A DNA stretch of 64,000 bases from Octopus sinensis (taxonomy: Eukaryota): contig NC_043015.1 of the NCBI RefSeq assembly GCF_006345805.1, forward strand, positions 32,922,001 to 32,986,000, in the 5' to 3' direction. Made by a program: the position numbers and the translations under genes. Each line of letters opens with the position of its first letter. Position 1 is the first letter of the stretch. Shown piece after piece: positions 12,352 through 26,130 of the stretch. The notes below the pieces were generated by a model, which did not search any database, was not told the origin of the DNA, and saw only the letters and a list, made by a program, of their open reading frames with translations.

Positions 12352-12847
12352 AATACATACACACACACACACACACACACGTATATATATATATATATAT
12401 ATATATATTCCAGCGGCAGCGTATACAGTGTACGCTAGGACATATTTGGTTGGTATAAGCTGAGACAAATAAACACACCACTTCCCTTACTTTCACACCA
12501 AATTATTTATCTTAGTCATACACTATACACTTGACATATATCTTATTTCACTTAAGTTATACATACTTACATATACATAAATATATCTATGAACATATAT
12601 ATGTGTCTATATAATATATATATATATATACACACGCACACACACACATAAATATATATATATATGTAAATACGTATATGTATACGTAAATGCATATATA
12701 TTTTCATTAATACCAAGTGTCATTCACATTTATATAAATCTTTAAATCTTTGTCTTGGCTAAAGATATATTTCAAACAATGTGATATACCTACATCCGTT
12801 AAGCATCAGTAAATATATATACAGAAGTGTGTGCACGTGTCTATATA

Positions 12848-12902
<55 letters not shown>

Positions 12903-15806
12903 TATGTATATATATACACACATCCGCATATATATGTATGTATACTTACACGTATAAACATGCATATATATTAATGTATGAACAAATGAACCCATGTGTT
13001 TGTGTATGAGTTAGGTTAGATGACAATAGTGTGTGAGGGTGGGAGGGAATGTATATATGGGGTGTGATGTGTGATATGGCATTGTATATTATTGTATCGA
13101 ATGACACGCCATCTTAAGTAGAGAATAATTATTTATTCTGTTATAGACACCACATGATATTATGACGTTGGGAATCTAATATATCATGTCGAATAGCGAT
13201 ATCAGTATATTAAAGTGATATCACAGTTGATGTAAAGATATGCATGCACACGAAATATATGTGTATATACATTCATACACACACATACACACACACATAG
13301 ACATATATATTTATGTGCGTGTGTGTGTGTGTTTGTGTACACAGTTGTGTGTATATATGTACAAATGTACACACACTTATACAGACCTTTAAATGTAGAA
13401 GCGAACTCAGTATATAATTTAGAGTATATAGTTATAATTAAACTGTTAATGATCAAGTACTGCATTACGGAAAGTTTCATACAGACATGGAGTATGCCTC
13501 CCATCTTTCATATGTTATTCACAAATGAATACGTAACTGCGACAGCTAGTACAGTGCTCCTCGTACTCGTTAGTAAGGCCGGTTCTTATTGGTCCGCATA
13601 AGCTACTTAATCGGAAATGCCATTGGCTCTAAATCAGAACCATTAAATTGTAGATCTAAATAAACGGCCAAGGTGTGTAGTCAATGATATGCGGGATGAC
13701 GACGTCTTGTGACTCGAACAAAAACATTTTTGAAAATTCTGTCGCTTGACTCGGGATGTACCGCTGGCCGAAAATTCTCTTGCGAAAAGTCTGTATATGA
13801 TGGTAAAAGGTAATTACCATCTTGGCTTTTCTACTGATGGTTATCATGCACACTTCCTGTATCTGGAATTTTTCAGATACGCATATTCCATAGTTGTGTG
13901 AACCTTTGAAATAGAGAGTACTTCTGTCAACAATATCTCCACTTATTGTGGGATAAAGGTGCCTTTGATCTCAGAGATTCTAGATAAATCGGGACAAGAA
14001 TGAGGATTTTTTCATGTTCTTCGACTTCAACATAAATTTTGAAAGAAATGTCTCTTGAAGTTGTTAGTGGTAAGCCTGATGTAGTTCCTCTGGATAAGGC
14101 CATGTTTTGTATGTTAAGTACGGTATTACAAATATCAAGATTGAACAAAGGGATTTTGTAACGACATCTGCAAGATGACAGTTATTGTAGGTATGCAGAT
14201 GTGTAATCGTGGAAGGGATGTTATCAAGGCAAGAATAGTTGTACTTAACATTGTAAGAATTACAAACCTTATATTATTTGTGTGTAGATGGAAAATGACG
14301 CATTACCGAAGACAGGACATTCTTTTATGTATTCGTGTTGCTTAAGTTAAAGGTAGTGGTTACCAGATAGTTCTCTTCCGAACTTTCCTTTGATTTGGGT
14401 TAATCTTCAGCGTTAGCTTGCGCTTCACTAAAGCTGTTCGATTTTTGCCTTTATCGTTTCAAGATGGATAAGGAAAATACAAGACAATCACTGATCCCAT
14501 TTCGTTATCATTCCAAAAGGAACAGTATGGATCTATCGAGCTGATGCAACTCCTTTTCACACTGTAATATCCTTCTTTTATTGAACTTGTTTTATTGAAG
14601 TTGTTTTATTTCATTTCTGCCAGTCTTCAATATTATTACTTTTTTATCTCAAAATTTTAAAGCTTACATTATCGCTATTTTCATAGTCACGTGTCAGCTT
14701 GCTGAACATTTCTTACATACACACACACACATACTCATCCCATTCACACGTGTAGACCACAGTGAAAGTATTTCATATTTTAACTATAGTAATTATATAA
14801 GAGTTCATAAAAAAAATTTTAATTATACTTATTATGTTAGAGTTCATAAAATTATATTCCTTGTCAGATTTAGTTATCATAATATAAAGTTCTTGCAGTT
14901 TATAATATCGCTTACCGACGATTAATGGCTCTCACTGTGAATGTATTTATGCTAAGATATTATAGCCGTATAAATATATTAATTTGTTAGCCAGATGGTC
15001 GATGAGATTATGTTGAACGCTTGGAACATATAAGTGCCTACGTAGACAAATGAACTTAACTTGGAGACAAATCTACCTATGTCTGTAAGTGTAGACGGTT
15101 GATCCCCTTTCGTTTATTAGACCAACAGGAACCGTATGAAATTCATAAATCTATCAAATTCATTATAAAAACTAGGTTTCACTATCACCGAGGGATTTTT
15201 CATTAGAGAACGCGCATTGCGAACATGGTAGAAGAGTGTCTAACAAAGTCTGCCTTTTTTTCTCTTCTTGAAGACATTTCCTTCGTCAACAACTATCGCT
15301 ACAAAGAAACACAAAAGAAATACTGCTGCGATGTTTTGGATGCAGACAAATACCACGCGCGCGCGTTCTAGACTACATCCGAAGAAACTCCACCCGAAAT
15401 TTTGATTCGAGGTCAATCCAAACTGTAAAAGCAGACATGCTGTGTTTTCCCACTGCTTTTTCAACCTTTACTACTATGGTATCTGTTTGTGGAAGCTAGT
15501 AGCTCTTGCGCCACCTTCAATCCTGCTCTCTTTATCTCCCTTTCTCTCTCCCTCTCTCTTCATATTGTCATTATATATTGTGTCTGTCACTGGGTTCAAC
15601 AGTAGTCATTATAAGTAATTTCTTCACAAGAATTCTAGCCACATTCTGGAACTCCCACCCTTCAAATGTTTCCCCGCAGCCGAACCAACACCTCATCAGT
15701 CTTGAAGGCCTTAATGAAGGCTATAGACTCAGTCCTTCGTACTGACCAGCCAATTAGAAATCTAGATAAAAGAATTGTAATTTTATTATTTTCTCGCTGC
15801 AGTAAA

Positions 15807-15873
<67 letters not shown>

Positions 15874-16102
15874 TCAACGAACGAGCTCCTGCGCGTTAGC
15901 TTGACCTTGTTGAAAAAATAGTTAAATTACGTTCATCCGTCATCAGGTCACTTTTTGCGTAGAGAAGTGGAGTCGATTGGAGTCCTTTAGTGCCATCTTA
16001 TTTTCTGAAATACTGAATCAAAAGCAACTGCGTGAGAAATGAAATTCAGAACGTAAAGAGACGAAAATAAATACTGCAAGTTATTTTCTTCATTCCCAGA
16101 CA

Positions 16103-16225
16103 CGCGGTTCTAGGTTCAGTCCTGCTGTGCGGTACCTTGGGTAAGTGTCTTCTATATAGCCACGGGCCGATCAAAGCCTTGTGAGTGGATTTGGTTCATG
16201 GAAACTGAAAGAAGCGCGTCGCATA
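16103..16225 (+). mobile_element. SINE family A, partial
   Basis: cggttctaggttcagtcctgctgtgcggtaccttgggtaagtgtcttcta...ggaaactgaaagaagc. Confidence 0.75.
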
Positions 16226-16390
16226 ATATATATATATATCAAAGCAATTGCAGTCTGGAAGATGCTTGTGTTTGTAAGCCATTTAAGAACACACAAAACA
16301 CATAATTTCTTATCGAGAATAATTCAATTTATCTGAATCCCTGTGAAGCCGGAATTTTTAATTCCTAATTAATATATATATATATATATA

Positions 16391-16727
16391 TTATTGGGAA
16401 TTGAAGAATGGAGCTGAACGCAGATTGAACAGAAATCGTTTTATTTCATTCTACACGCGTTTCGAAGGCACAATTACCAAAATCCGATTGAATAATGGGA
16501 CCATATTGTGTCTTCTCTTCAGGAAGAAAAAAGGAAATCCGTTGAAAAACAAAAACAGAACAGAGGCGGAGCAAAACAAATCGAACTACGCTCCTAAGAG
16601 GAAAGACACAATATGGTCCCATTATTCAATCGGATTTTGGTAATTTGTGCCTTTCCGAACTGTAGAATGAAATAAAACGATTTCTGTTCAATCTGCGTTC
16701 AGCTCCATTTCTTCAATTCACCAATAA
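16391..16727. repeat. Long inverted repeat (arms 16391-16514 and 16603-16727), probable Penelope inverted pseudo-LTR
   Basis: Arms of about 124 bp are near-identical reverse complements; a hammerhead motif spans the spacer/left-arm boundary on the minus strand. Confidence 0.85.
16449..16525 (-). ncRNA. Candidate type I hammerhead ribozyme with long stem II
   Basis: TTC-CTGAAGA-GAAG.CACAAT..ATTGTG.CTTC-GAAA-C-GCGT-G-TA|GAA; core residues intact, stem I only 3 bp. Confidence 0.5.
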
Positions 16728-16884
16728 TGTTTTAATTTCAATATCCGCACAAACGCACGGTTGCAACGCCAGATGGTTGTACCTCCAACCGTGCTGTTAC
16801 TGCTGTGATTTTTGCTACTAAGGTATGGTTAAACTTTTATTAATCTACTACAAGATATTCATCTTTCTATTCACATAATATATA

Positions 16885-16974
<90 letters not shown>

Positions 16975-17104
16975 GATATATATATCTGTGTGTGTGTGTG
17001 CGTGTGTGTGTGTATGTACATATAAACGTATGTTTATGTACTGATATGCGTGTCTGTTCAAGTTGCATATATAACTGTTATGCTGTCGAACGTTATATAT
17101 ATAA

Positions 17105-17140
<36 letters not shown>

Positions 17141-17334
17141 CATTTAGAGATAGAAGTCCCCATGCAATTCATCAAATCCTAATATACATCACGCCATGTC
17201 ATAGAATTTTATATTAATACTTACTATTTCAGTTCTAAATTTCACTTCTACACTTGTTTCATGAGGTGTGTTTAACGTTCCTGAGACCCCCCAGTCTTTT
17301 TCAGAAACATGTCTTAACTGCAATCCCAATCATC

Positions 17335-17495
17335 AGGACTTTCCATAACTTAGCAGTTCGGCAAACGAGACCCATGGAAATTGTACTAGGCTTAAGCCAA
17401 ACAAAATGGTACTGGAGTTGATTCATTCGACTAACAATTCCTTAAAGCCGTGCCCCAGCATGGCCGCAGTCTAATGACTGAAACAAGCAAAAGAT
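17335..17495 (+). mobile_element. SINE family A 3' half
   Basis: cataacttagcagttcggcaaa...ccagcatggccgcagtctaatgactgaaacaag. Confidence 0.8.
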
Positions 17496-17559
17496 TTTGT
17501 TGATACATTCCTCGATAAACTTAGCTTTGACACTAAAGAACTGTTAGATGGTAGACTGA

Positions 17560-17750
17560 GAGAATTATCGGTGCGTCGCAGAAAATGCTTTGCTGTATTT
17601 AATTGTTCCTTTTCACGTTCTGAATACAATTCCTGCTGAGATTGACGTTACTTTACAACCTTCCGGGGTCAACAGAATAAAGTACCAGTTATGCACTGGG
17701 GTCAATAATAGAGTACCAGTTATGCACTGAGGTCAATAATGGAGTACTCC
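17560..17750 (+). mobile_element. SINE family B, diverged, with a short tandem duplication
   Basis: aaagtaccagttatgcactggggtcaataat followed by agagtaccagttatgcactgaggtcaataat. Confidence 0.6.
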
Positions 17751-18279
17751 CGACACGCTATTTACCGGTCTGGTGCTTATATTGGGAAGAAATATTTAAC
17801 AGCTGAGATCTTATTTTTCACTTAACGCTAAGTATTTTACACGATATACACCGATATACAAAATATTTAATATTATATCAATACAAAGATATTGATATAC
17901 GATATCAACATATTAAATTAGTATTAGGACATTACAACGCCATCATATGGAATATTTGCAAACGGTAGTTGAGCATTTTATCAACTGTAGTTTGAGATCC
18001 ACAACAGTTGAAACAACAAACTCGATATCCGAGCGAGCGTACGAGTGTATATGTGATTCGGTTTCTACATGTGTGCGGGTAAATGAGTATGGAATCTTCG
18101 AGTTTGCGTCTATGTGCTTTTCTGTTTATCTCTTAATGCGCCTTTAAGTGTGTTTTGTACATATGCTTACATTTACGCATACGGACGCACAGCTCCACAC
18201 GGAAATACACATAACACATACATACATACATAGATATACAGTCAGTCACTAGAAAAGCATTCCTTTCCTTTGTGCATGC

Positions 18280-18326
<47 letters not shown>

Positions 18327-18375
18327 CGTTTGTGTCTCTGTGTGAATATATATGCATATATATATATGTGTGTGT

Positions 18376-18465
18376 GTGTACTCTTTTACTCTTTTACTTG
18401 TTTCAGTCATTTGACTGCGGCCATGCTGGAGCACCGCCTTTAGTCGAGCAAATCGACCCCAAAAA
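18376..18465 (-). mobile_element. SINE family A 3' tail fragment
   Basis: tactcttttactcttttacttgtttcagtcatttgactgcggccatgctggagcacc. Confidence 0.8.
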
Positions 18466-18621
18466 ATATAAGGCTAAATGATCTTAAAAATTCATAAAAT
18501 GTAAGAAAAAAACCCTTTCTAGTTAGAGAATATCAATTTTTTCATCACCATCGTCGCCGACGACGTCATCATCGACATCATAATCATCATAATCATCATT
18601 CCCGCTGTTATCATCATCATC

Positions 18622-18668
<47 letters not shown>

Positions 18669-18675
18669 CATTATT

Positions 18676-18707
<32 letters not shown>

Positions 18708-18794
18708 TATCATCATTATTATTATTATCATTATTATTATTATCATTATTATTATTATTATTATTTATTATTATTATTATTATTACAATTATTA

Positions 18795-18869
<75 letters not shown>

Positions 18870-18872
<3 letters not shown>

Positions 18873-18989
18873 TAGTTTTATTTTTATATAGCGTGCTTTC
18901 ACTGCACTACCGAGCGCTGCTCTGTGTGCCTTGGGTATATGCTGTGGTTTGTTGTGATGTTCTTATTTTCACTGTATTGAAAGTGTTTT
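18870..18989 (-). mobile_element. R4/Dong-like retrotransposon, 5'-truncated to its 3' UTR, embedded in (TAA)n
   Basis: Reverse complement aligns to 58917-59033; (ATT)n on both sides. Confidence 0.85.
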
Positions 18990-19086
18990 TATTATTATTA
19001 TTATTATCATCATCATTATTATTATTATTATTATTATTATATTATTATTATTATTATTATTATCATCATCATCATCATCATCATCA

Positions 19087-19118
<32 letters not shown>

Positions 19119-19544
19119 GTATTGATAATCATGATGAAGTTGAAGACATTTTACAAGAGTTTCTCTTATTTGTTTTGAAGTAAAACCAACAGTTAATGGT
19201 ATCTGTCATTTTATGTTTGACACCTTCACAGCCCCTACGTGCTGTTGACGAGGGCAGCATTCCAATCTTAAGAATAGCTCAGCCGTAATAAAGCAGCCTA
19301 ACGCCATATGGGATCGAAACTGCACAACAAATATTTTGGAGGTTAAAACATAATAATAAAAGAAAACAGTAACTCATCGCAAAGTAAGACTTTACTGTAA
19401 TTTGACAGAATGCTGGATTGCGGAGTATGGGGGGTTAGATTAGACCAGGTGTGACAGTGAAGTTATACATCCGACTTGGATAGACGTTAAGGCACACAGA
19501 ACACCCTCTCTCACTCACTCTCTCTCTCTCTCTCTCCCTCTCTC

Positions 19545-19715
19545 TCTAGGCAGAGAATTATGGTAAGAAGCTTGCTTCCCAACCACATTGTTCTGGATTC
19601 AGTCCCACGGCGTGGCACCTTAGGCAAGTGTCTTTTGCTATAACCTCAGGAGGACCAAAGCCTTGTGAGTGGATTTGGTAAATGGAAACTGAAATAAATC
19701 TGTTGTATATATATA
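19545..19715 (+). mobile_element. SINE family A 5' half ending in (TA)n(TG)n
   Basis: tggtaagaagcttgcttcccaacc...gtggcaccttaggcaagtgtctt...gtgagtggatttggtaaatggaaactg. Confidence 0.8.
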
Positions 19716-19738
19716 TATATATGTGTGTGTGTGTGGTG

Positions 19739-19769
<31 letters not shown>

Positions 19770-20947
19770 TGTATGTGTGTATGCGTGTGTGTATGTGTGT
19801 GTATGTATGTGTGTGTGTATGTGTGAGTTTGTGCAACTGAAGATTGCTCTACATTTTAAATTGATGTGATGATTGCATTGTTCAATTAAATGGAGTTGCA
19901 TGAAACGATCGTACTACATTACCTCTGGATATCCTTGTTGTTTATTTTGATTTTAATCACCTTACTTTGAAATTGTATGGATAATACCGCACTAAATATT
20001 CTGGTGCGTCAAAAGTACCATATTCATCTGAATCTCTCTCTTGAAATCATTTGGTTTGACAAGTGTAGTAACCATAGTACTACCAGGTCTTCCTCGATAG
20101 AACGTTATATCTAGTTAGGTAGAGTTAATATGTTTAGTCTCCAGAAGAAACTTTTAATAGTTAATTATTACAAGAAAACAAAACAAAACAAAGCAAAAAT
20201 TAGTCAGATATAGTTCTTACTTAATAAAGTTGACTGAAAATCTTAATTATATCTTGCATTAAATGATAATCCTTTGGTCATATTTAAAACCTTAATTACA
20301 AAACAGGCTTCATCATATTGCTAATTTTCATTCTAAAACTATAAGACATTTTCATATGAGACAATTATAATTATAATTACTTCTAATAAGTCAATTTAAG
20401 CCAAGACGTCATAAAGAATATTATTGTATTTCTTAATATGTAACGTAATTATATCTCTTAATTAATGAAATTTATACTAACAAATGTATAATGTCAGGTG
20501 GACTGGGTTGGTATACCAGAGTCTAAAATACCTTGTTGTATTTACTGCTACTTCTATTTGTCAGTCCTTTTTTATTCTGAGTCTGTCGATAAATTTAATA
20601 GCAGTAATGTACGTACATGGATCTTAATTATTCATTATACGCGTACCACAATCAAATGAGTAATGTTATGTCAAACTAAAAAAATTGTTATACTGAGAAA
20701 TATTTAAAAAAAAGAACAGAAAATAGAACAAAAAATAGGTGAAGTCTTTTTGTTGAAGAGGTGTGAGGCGCCACTGAGCTGGTTTTAACAGCCAGGTCTA
20801 TCACAGCAATTGAAATATAATTTACATCTACTTGCGTTACTGGCTGAGCGAATAAGAACATTATTACTTTTCGTTTATAAACGTTTCGAGTTCTAATCTT
20901 TCATGAATACGTTGGTGGTTTACCCGATCCTGAATGAAAACTAAAAA

Positions 20948-20949
20948 CG

Positions 20950-21018
<69 letters not shown>

Positions 21019-21174
21019 ATAATAATAATAATAATAATAATAATGATGATGATAATAATAATAATAATAATTATTATTATTATTACTATTATTATTATTT
21101 TTATTATTATTATTATTTTTATTATTACTACTATAATTATTATTATCATTATTATTATTATTATTATTATTAAT
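20948..21174. repeat. (AAT)n abutting (TAT)n microsatellite (AT-rich quasi-palindrome)
   Basis: Direct reading; the orientation switches near 21070. Confidence 0.95.
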
Positions 21175-21469
21175 TGAGTGAGAGAGCAGTGTATGCCATC
21201 AAAATGACACTGAGGTAAAATATACGAAGCCCAGTATACCCATCATGACTACCCGTCTGATAAGGGTACACTAGACACATGCATCACAACTATATGTGCG
21301 TGACATGGTGATCTCATATCAAGATAAACAGCGCATGACCTTGCAGGTGGGGCCCAGTTAGAATTTTCTTCTGCTTGAGTAACCCACCCCGCTCAAAAGG
21401 GCCCTGAATAAGGGTTGTTGAAGGATTTTGAACGAAACATCCATGTTTCCAGAGGTTAATTATTCAAAT
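21175..21469 (-). mobile_element. Unclassified TAA-associated element, 3' part
   Basis: Reverse complement aligns with about 59487-59780. Confidence 0.85.
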
Positions 21470-21629
21470 CCAGAGTTGATACACAGCCACATCTGCGCCC
21501 ATTACACACACACAAACACACACACAATACATACATACAGGCATATGTTGTGTAAATACAATGAGCAATATGAAAGGACAGCGCAAGAGGAACAAGGTTT
21601 ATCAATAAGTTACTAGATTAACGCTTAAA

Positions 21630-21680
21630 TAAAATAAATGTCTTAACGTTTTGGACATTGGACCGTCATCAGAAAAAAAA
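21630..21680 (-). ncRNA. Degenerate hammerhead motif, probably Penelope-derived
   Basis: tttt-CTGATGA-c-ggtc caat gtcc-AAAA-cgtt-aaga; GAAA mutated to AAAA and one stem II mismatch. Confidence 0.4.
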
Positions 21681-22326
21681 AAGAAATAGGGAGTGTGAGA
21701 AAGAAGAACAGCCTTTCACAAGAGAGAGAGAGAGTGAGACAGAAAGAGAGAGAGACGGAGAGAGAGAGAAAGAAAGACAGGCGATGGATTAGGAAGCAGG
21801 TGGGAATGCTATTCTATAGGGAAAAGTTAAGAAGGGCAGAAGGCGTGGGTTTATTTATACAAGTATATGAGTGTATTCCTATGTGAAAGAGAGCATTAAA
21901 GGGCGTGGTGAAGAAGTGTGCAAGCACAGAAGCATATTAGTGTAGGTTAATGGAGTTTAGATTGGGGCATATGCGCTTGTATAATCGTTTCGTGGGTGGT
22001 AGGAATGTATGGGAGGAGATGAAAGTGATGAGGAAAGTGAGGGGGAAAAAGGTGACAGTGAAACAAAGGGAAAACAGGATCAGTGTGAAGAGGGTGGTAG
22101 ATGTGTGTGCCACGAAGTGAGAAACCTTCTAACAAAGAGGAAAGATTTAAACTAAATTATAAGAGATAGAAATACAGAAAAAATCATGAATTTTGCAAGG
22201 ACGGGAAATTCTAAGAAAACAGTAAAACACATCATGCAATTTTAGTAAAAGGTCCAAAGAATGAGATGGGGTATCTTAAGAATGTCAAATGACAGCGGAT
22301 GCATGGCTATTAATATTTGGTATGTA

Positions 22327-22969
22327 GGAGGGTGGGCTGAAAAGTTCATGGGCTGTCTTTGAAGGAGTGATGTTAGAGCTGTGACATTTTGTTTGCATTA
22401 ATTTCAAAATTTCTTATAAATAACTGTTCTGTTTCTTTCCAGGTAAACTTACATCTCACAGTTCAAAGACTACTTCAAATTTAGAGGCTTCTGTTGAAAA
22501 TGGACAATATTTGGCATCATGGTATTATCAAATACCTGCAGAAAAAGGGTTTAGCCCGTAACGACAATCATGTTGATATGCTTGCTGCATTTGGAGATGA
22601 CGCTCCAGCATTACCAACAGTGCAAAAGTGGGCAGCTGAATTTAGGAGGGAAGGGAAAGTCTTGAAGATTCCCCAAGACCTTGGCATCCTGCAACAGCTA
22701 CAACCGACGAAAACAGTGATGGTGTTCACCACATGGTGATAGATGACAGGCGATTGACTGTAAATCAAATATCCAATGCTATTAGCATATCGAGGGAGAG
22801 AGTTGAGAATATTCTGCAGAATGAACTTGGCATGACGAGGGTTTCTGTTCCGAGGCTGCCACGTCTTCTGACACCTGATCAAAAGTGCACCAGGCTGATC
22901 ACGTCACAGGAAAATCTGACACTGTTTCAGGCATCTCCAGCTGGTTTCCTTGAACGCTTCCCAACCTGG
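22327..22969 (+). mobile_element. mariner transposon 5' half (TIR plus HTH region of transposase), frameshifted
   Basis: TA|ggagggtgggctgaaaagttc end; IIKYLQKKGL..PTVQKWAAEFRR / DDRRLTVNQI..ILQNELGM..RLPRLLTPDQK (WVPRLL-like); stops just before the first catalytic Asp. Confidence 0.9.
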
Positions 22970-23167
22970 GATGCACCTATCGTCAGTTACTAAGGGACAT
23001 GCTCAACTGGTTAAGGTCAAACAACTGACCAGCAAATCTGTGGTATTGAGCAAAATATTTGCTGTAGCCAATCTTTTATACCGAGACAAAACAATGTATA
23101 TGAAAACATTTCCAATCAGTTAAGATCAGAAGCCACGTGAGCCACTGTCTGGTAATGCATCAGGGCA
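22970..23167 (-). mobile_element. Unclassified TAA-associated element, 5' part
   Basis: Reverse complement aligns with about 59226-59422 and abuts (TTA)n. Confidence 0.85.
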
Positions 23168-23201
23168 ATAATGAAAATTATTATTATTATTATTATTATT
23201 A

Positions 23202-23234
<33 letters not shown>

Positions 23235-24259
23235 CATTATTATTATTAACATTATTATTGATGTTGTTGTTGTTATTATCATTATTATTATTATTATTAC
23301 TACTACTATTATTAATATTAATAATAATAATGATAATAATAGTAATGGTAATAATACCTTATTTAATGTCATATACGTGTATATGTGTGTCTATGTATAT
23401 ATGTGTGTATGTATTTACACACCCACACCCACACACTCACACACACACTCACTTATATATTTAGAGATGCCGACGTGGCTGTGTGGTAAGAAGCTTGCCT
23501 GACTTTAGAGCGATAAGAAAAACGTATTTTAATATATCAGGAAGCTATCAAGAAATGAATATAAGTTATCTCCCTTAACGCAATGCTCTTATGAAACGGT
23601 GTAGATATAGTCATTATGATAATTGAGCTTGTTTTGACGTGTAGCGTTCTGATTGGATGGATTTGTTACGCTGGACTGCATGAAACATTTTGTGACATTC
23701 AAACTTTATGCACTGATATACACACACATAAATCCACGTAGATATGTGTGCGTATAAGTTCGTGTTAAAGTACGTTTATTATGATTATATTTATGTGTGA
23801 GTGTGTATGTGTGTGTGTGTGGTGTGTGTGTGTGTATTCTCTCACACACACGTACACAGATATAACTGGATATGGGAATGATAGAAATTTTTAAAGCAGT
23901 GAATACGCTGAGGGATTTGATGCAACGGAAGTGACCTGAGCTGGTGACCCCGTAAAATTAATTGGCTGATCTCGTCTAAATATTGTTTATATTGCTCAGC
24001 TATCAACAATTTAATTTATTTACACAGAAATTACAGCACAGCACGAACGGAGACATATCGTCTCTCTTAGGGTGCTTGGCTTGCTTTTGGAACTAATATA
24101 TAAATATAAAAATATAGATACATATATATATATATATATATATATCACACACACACGCAGCATAGCTGCTTGTTATATGCAAGTGTATATATATGAGAGG
24201 TGTGTGTGTATCTATATGTATATATATATACGTATATATAAATATATATATATATATAC

Positions 24260-24293
<34 letters not shown>

Positions 24294-24303
24294 GTATATA
24301 TAT

Positions 24304-24341
<38 letters not shown>

Positions 24342-24367
24342 TATATGCATATACACGCGCTACAGCT

Positions 24368-24399
<32 letters not shown>

Positions 24400-24840
24400 T
24401 ACACACATATACACACTCACACATACATATGCTCTCATACGGGCATGAAACTGAAGAAGCAAGAATTGGGGGGGGGGATGATAAGAAAATGTGACTGAGA
24501 ATTAGAGAAAGACATAGAGAGTGTGTTATGAGACCAAGTGAAGATGGAGAGACAGAAAGTGAGAGAGAGAGTGAGAGAAGAGAGAGAAAGAGAACAGAGG
24601 GCGGGGAGATTTCGTGATGTCATGATGTGCTAGAATTATCAACATATGGCGAGTGAATGTGACGAGAGCCCAAAAGATATAATGTACTTCTATAGCATGT
24701 CTGTGGAATGGTACTATGTAGAAATTTAGTCGTTCCTGTTTGAGACGCTATTGCGAAGTTGGTGTAACACAGCTGGAATTCACGCTTTGCTGTTTGTTTT
24801 CATTTCTGTTTGTTTTTACAAATGTACGCGTACAAGCGCG

Positions 24841-24893
<53 letters not shown>

Positions 24894-24993
24894 NNNNNNN
24901 NNNNNNNNNNNNNNNNNNNNNNNNNNNNNNNNNNNNNNNNNNNNNNNNNNNNNNNNNNNNNNNNNNNNNNNNNNNNNNNNNNNNNNNNNNNNN
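24894..24993. other. Assembly gap (100 N)
   Basis: Run of N following (TA)n. Confidence 1.
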
Positions 24994-25260
24994 ATTTCTG
25001 AGATTATACCTGGTAAAAATAAAGGTATAAAAGGAGAAAGGGCTCTTGCCCTGTTAACCAGGTACCTGTGGATTTTATAAGATTTTCCACTAGTAACTTT
25101 TACAGCACCTCCCCCTATTGGGAGTTTTTACTTGTTACGTTATTTTTTCTGCTATCAAATGTTTACACGGATGTTTTCTTTGTAAAACCGTTTGTGTATC
25201 GACTTGTGGTGTCCTTTAATGTTTTGATTTATATTAGCCCTTGTGACCAATAAAAAGAAT
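24994..25260 (+). mobile_element. Possible LINE 3' UTR
   Basis: T-rich tract ending ttagcccttgtgaccaataaaaagaa then (ATC)n, similar to the family B type 1 tail. Confidence 0.35.
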
Positions 25261-25301
25261 TATCATCATCATCATCATTATCACCGTTGTTGTTGTTGTT
25301 G

Positions 25302-25372
<71 letters not shown>

Positions 25373-25572
25373 TAGGGTGGTGAACTGGCAGAACCATTAA
25401 CGCGCCAGAAAAAAGTACTTAGCAACATTTCGTCCCTCTTCGCATTCTGAGTTCAAATTCTGCCGAGATCGAATTTGTCTGTCATCCTTTTGGAAGATAA
25501 AATAAGTACCAGTTGAGCACTGGGGACGATGTAATCGACTACACCACACCCCTAAAATTTCGGGCTTTGCGC
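25373..25572 (+). mobile_element. SINE family B (tail type 3) flanked by (ATT)n
   Basis: ggtggtgaactggcagaaccattaacg...ctgagttcaaattctgccgag...aaatttcgggctttgcgcg-(att)n. Confidence 0.8.
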
Positions 25573-25573
25573 G

Positions 25574-25611
<38 letters not shown>

Positions 25612-25612
<1 letters not shown>

Positions 25613-26130
25613 TCTTTTCATCTCAGGTTTTGTTGGAACTCCTGGAGTCTTGCATACGGTACAATGATAACTGTCCCTTTCAACTATCTAATACTTTCCT
25701 GATTATTCTAGCGGTGCCAAGGAGTTCTACTGGGCACTCTATTTTGATTTCCTTTATATTCCTCTTGATGCCTTCTGATATAATCCCCAAGGACCCAACA
25801 GTAATTAGCATTGTCTTCACCTTCTTCATTTTCCATAGCCAAGCTATTTCGTACTTAGGAGGTTTTTATTTATCTATTTTTTCACCTTCCTTCTTGACTA
25901 TTCGTTGGCCAAAGGGGCACGCAAAATCAACTATATAACGTATGTGGTGATTCTTGTCGACCGCCACTAGGTCCGGTCCGTTATGCTCTAGCCCCTGATA
26001 TCTTTGGACTGGGAAATCACAGAGGATTTTGCAAGCCTCCACTTTTTGCAGTTTCCAATGTGGCACTTTCATTTCCTTATCGTGTCGCCACTACTTGTAG
26101 CGGTTTTGTCAAGTCTAGGGCATTCTGCCA
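25612..26130 (-). pseudogene. R4/Dong-like retrotransposon 3' end (restriction-like endonuclease), second subfamily
   Basis: KILCDFPVQ..LEHNGPDLVAVDK..IVDFACPFGQRIVKKEGEKIDK*..YEIAWLWKMKKV..VGSLG..LLGTARIIRKVLDS*, then a short UTR and (TAA)n tail. Confidence 0.85.

Noticed and set aside
13656-13980. Open frame of about 105 codons on the minus strand in unique sequence
   Set aside because: No recognisable homology and no clean splice boundaries.
15665-15705. Minus-strand CTGATGA...GGAAAC
   Set aside because: No convincing stem II.
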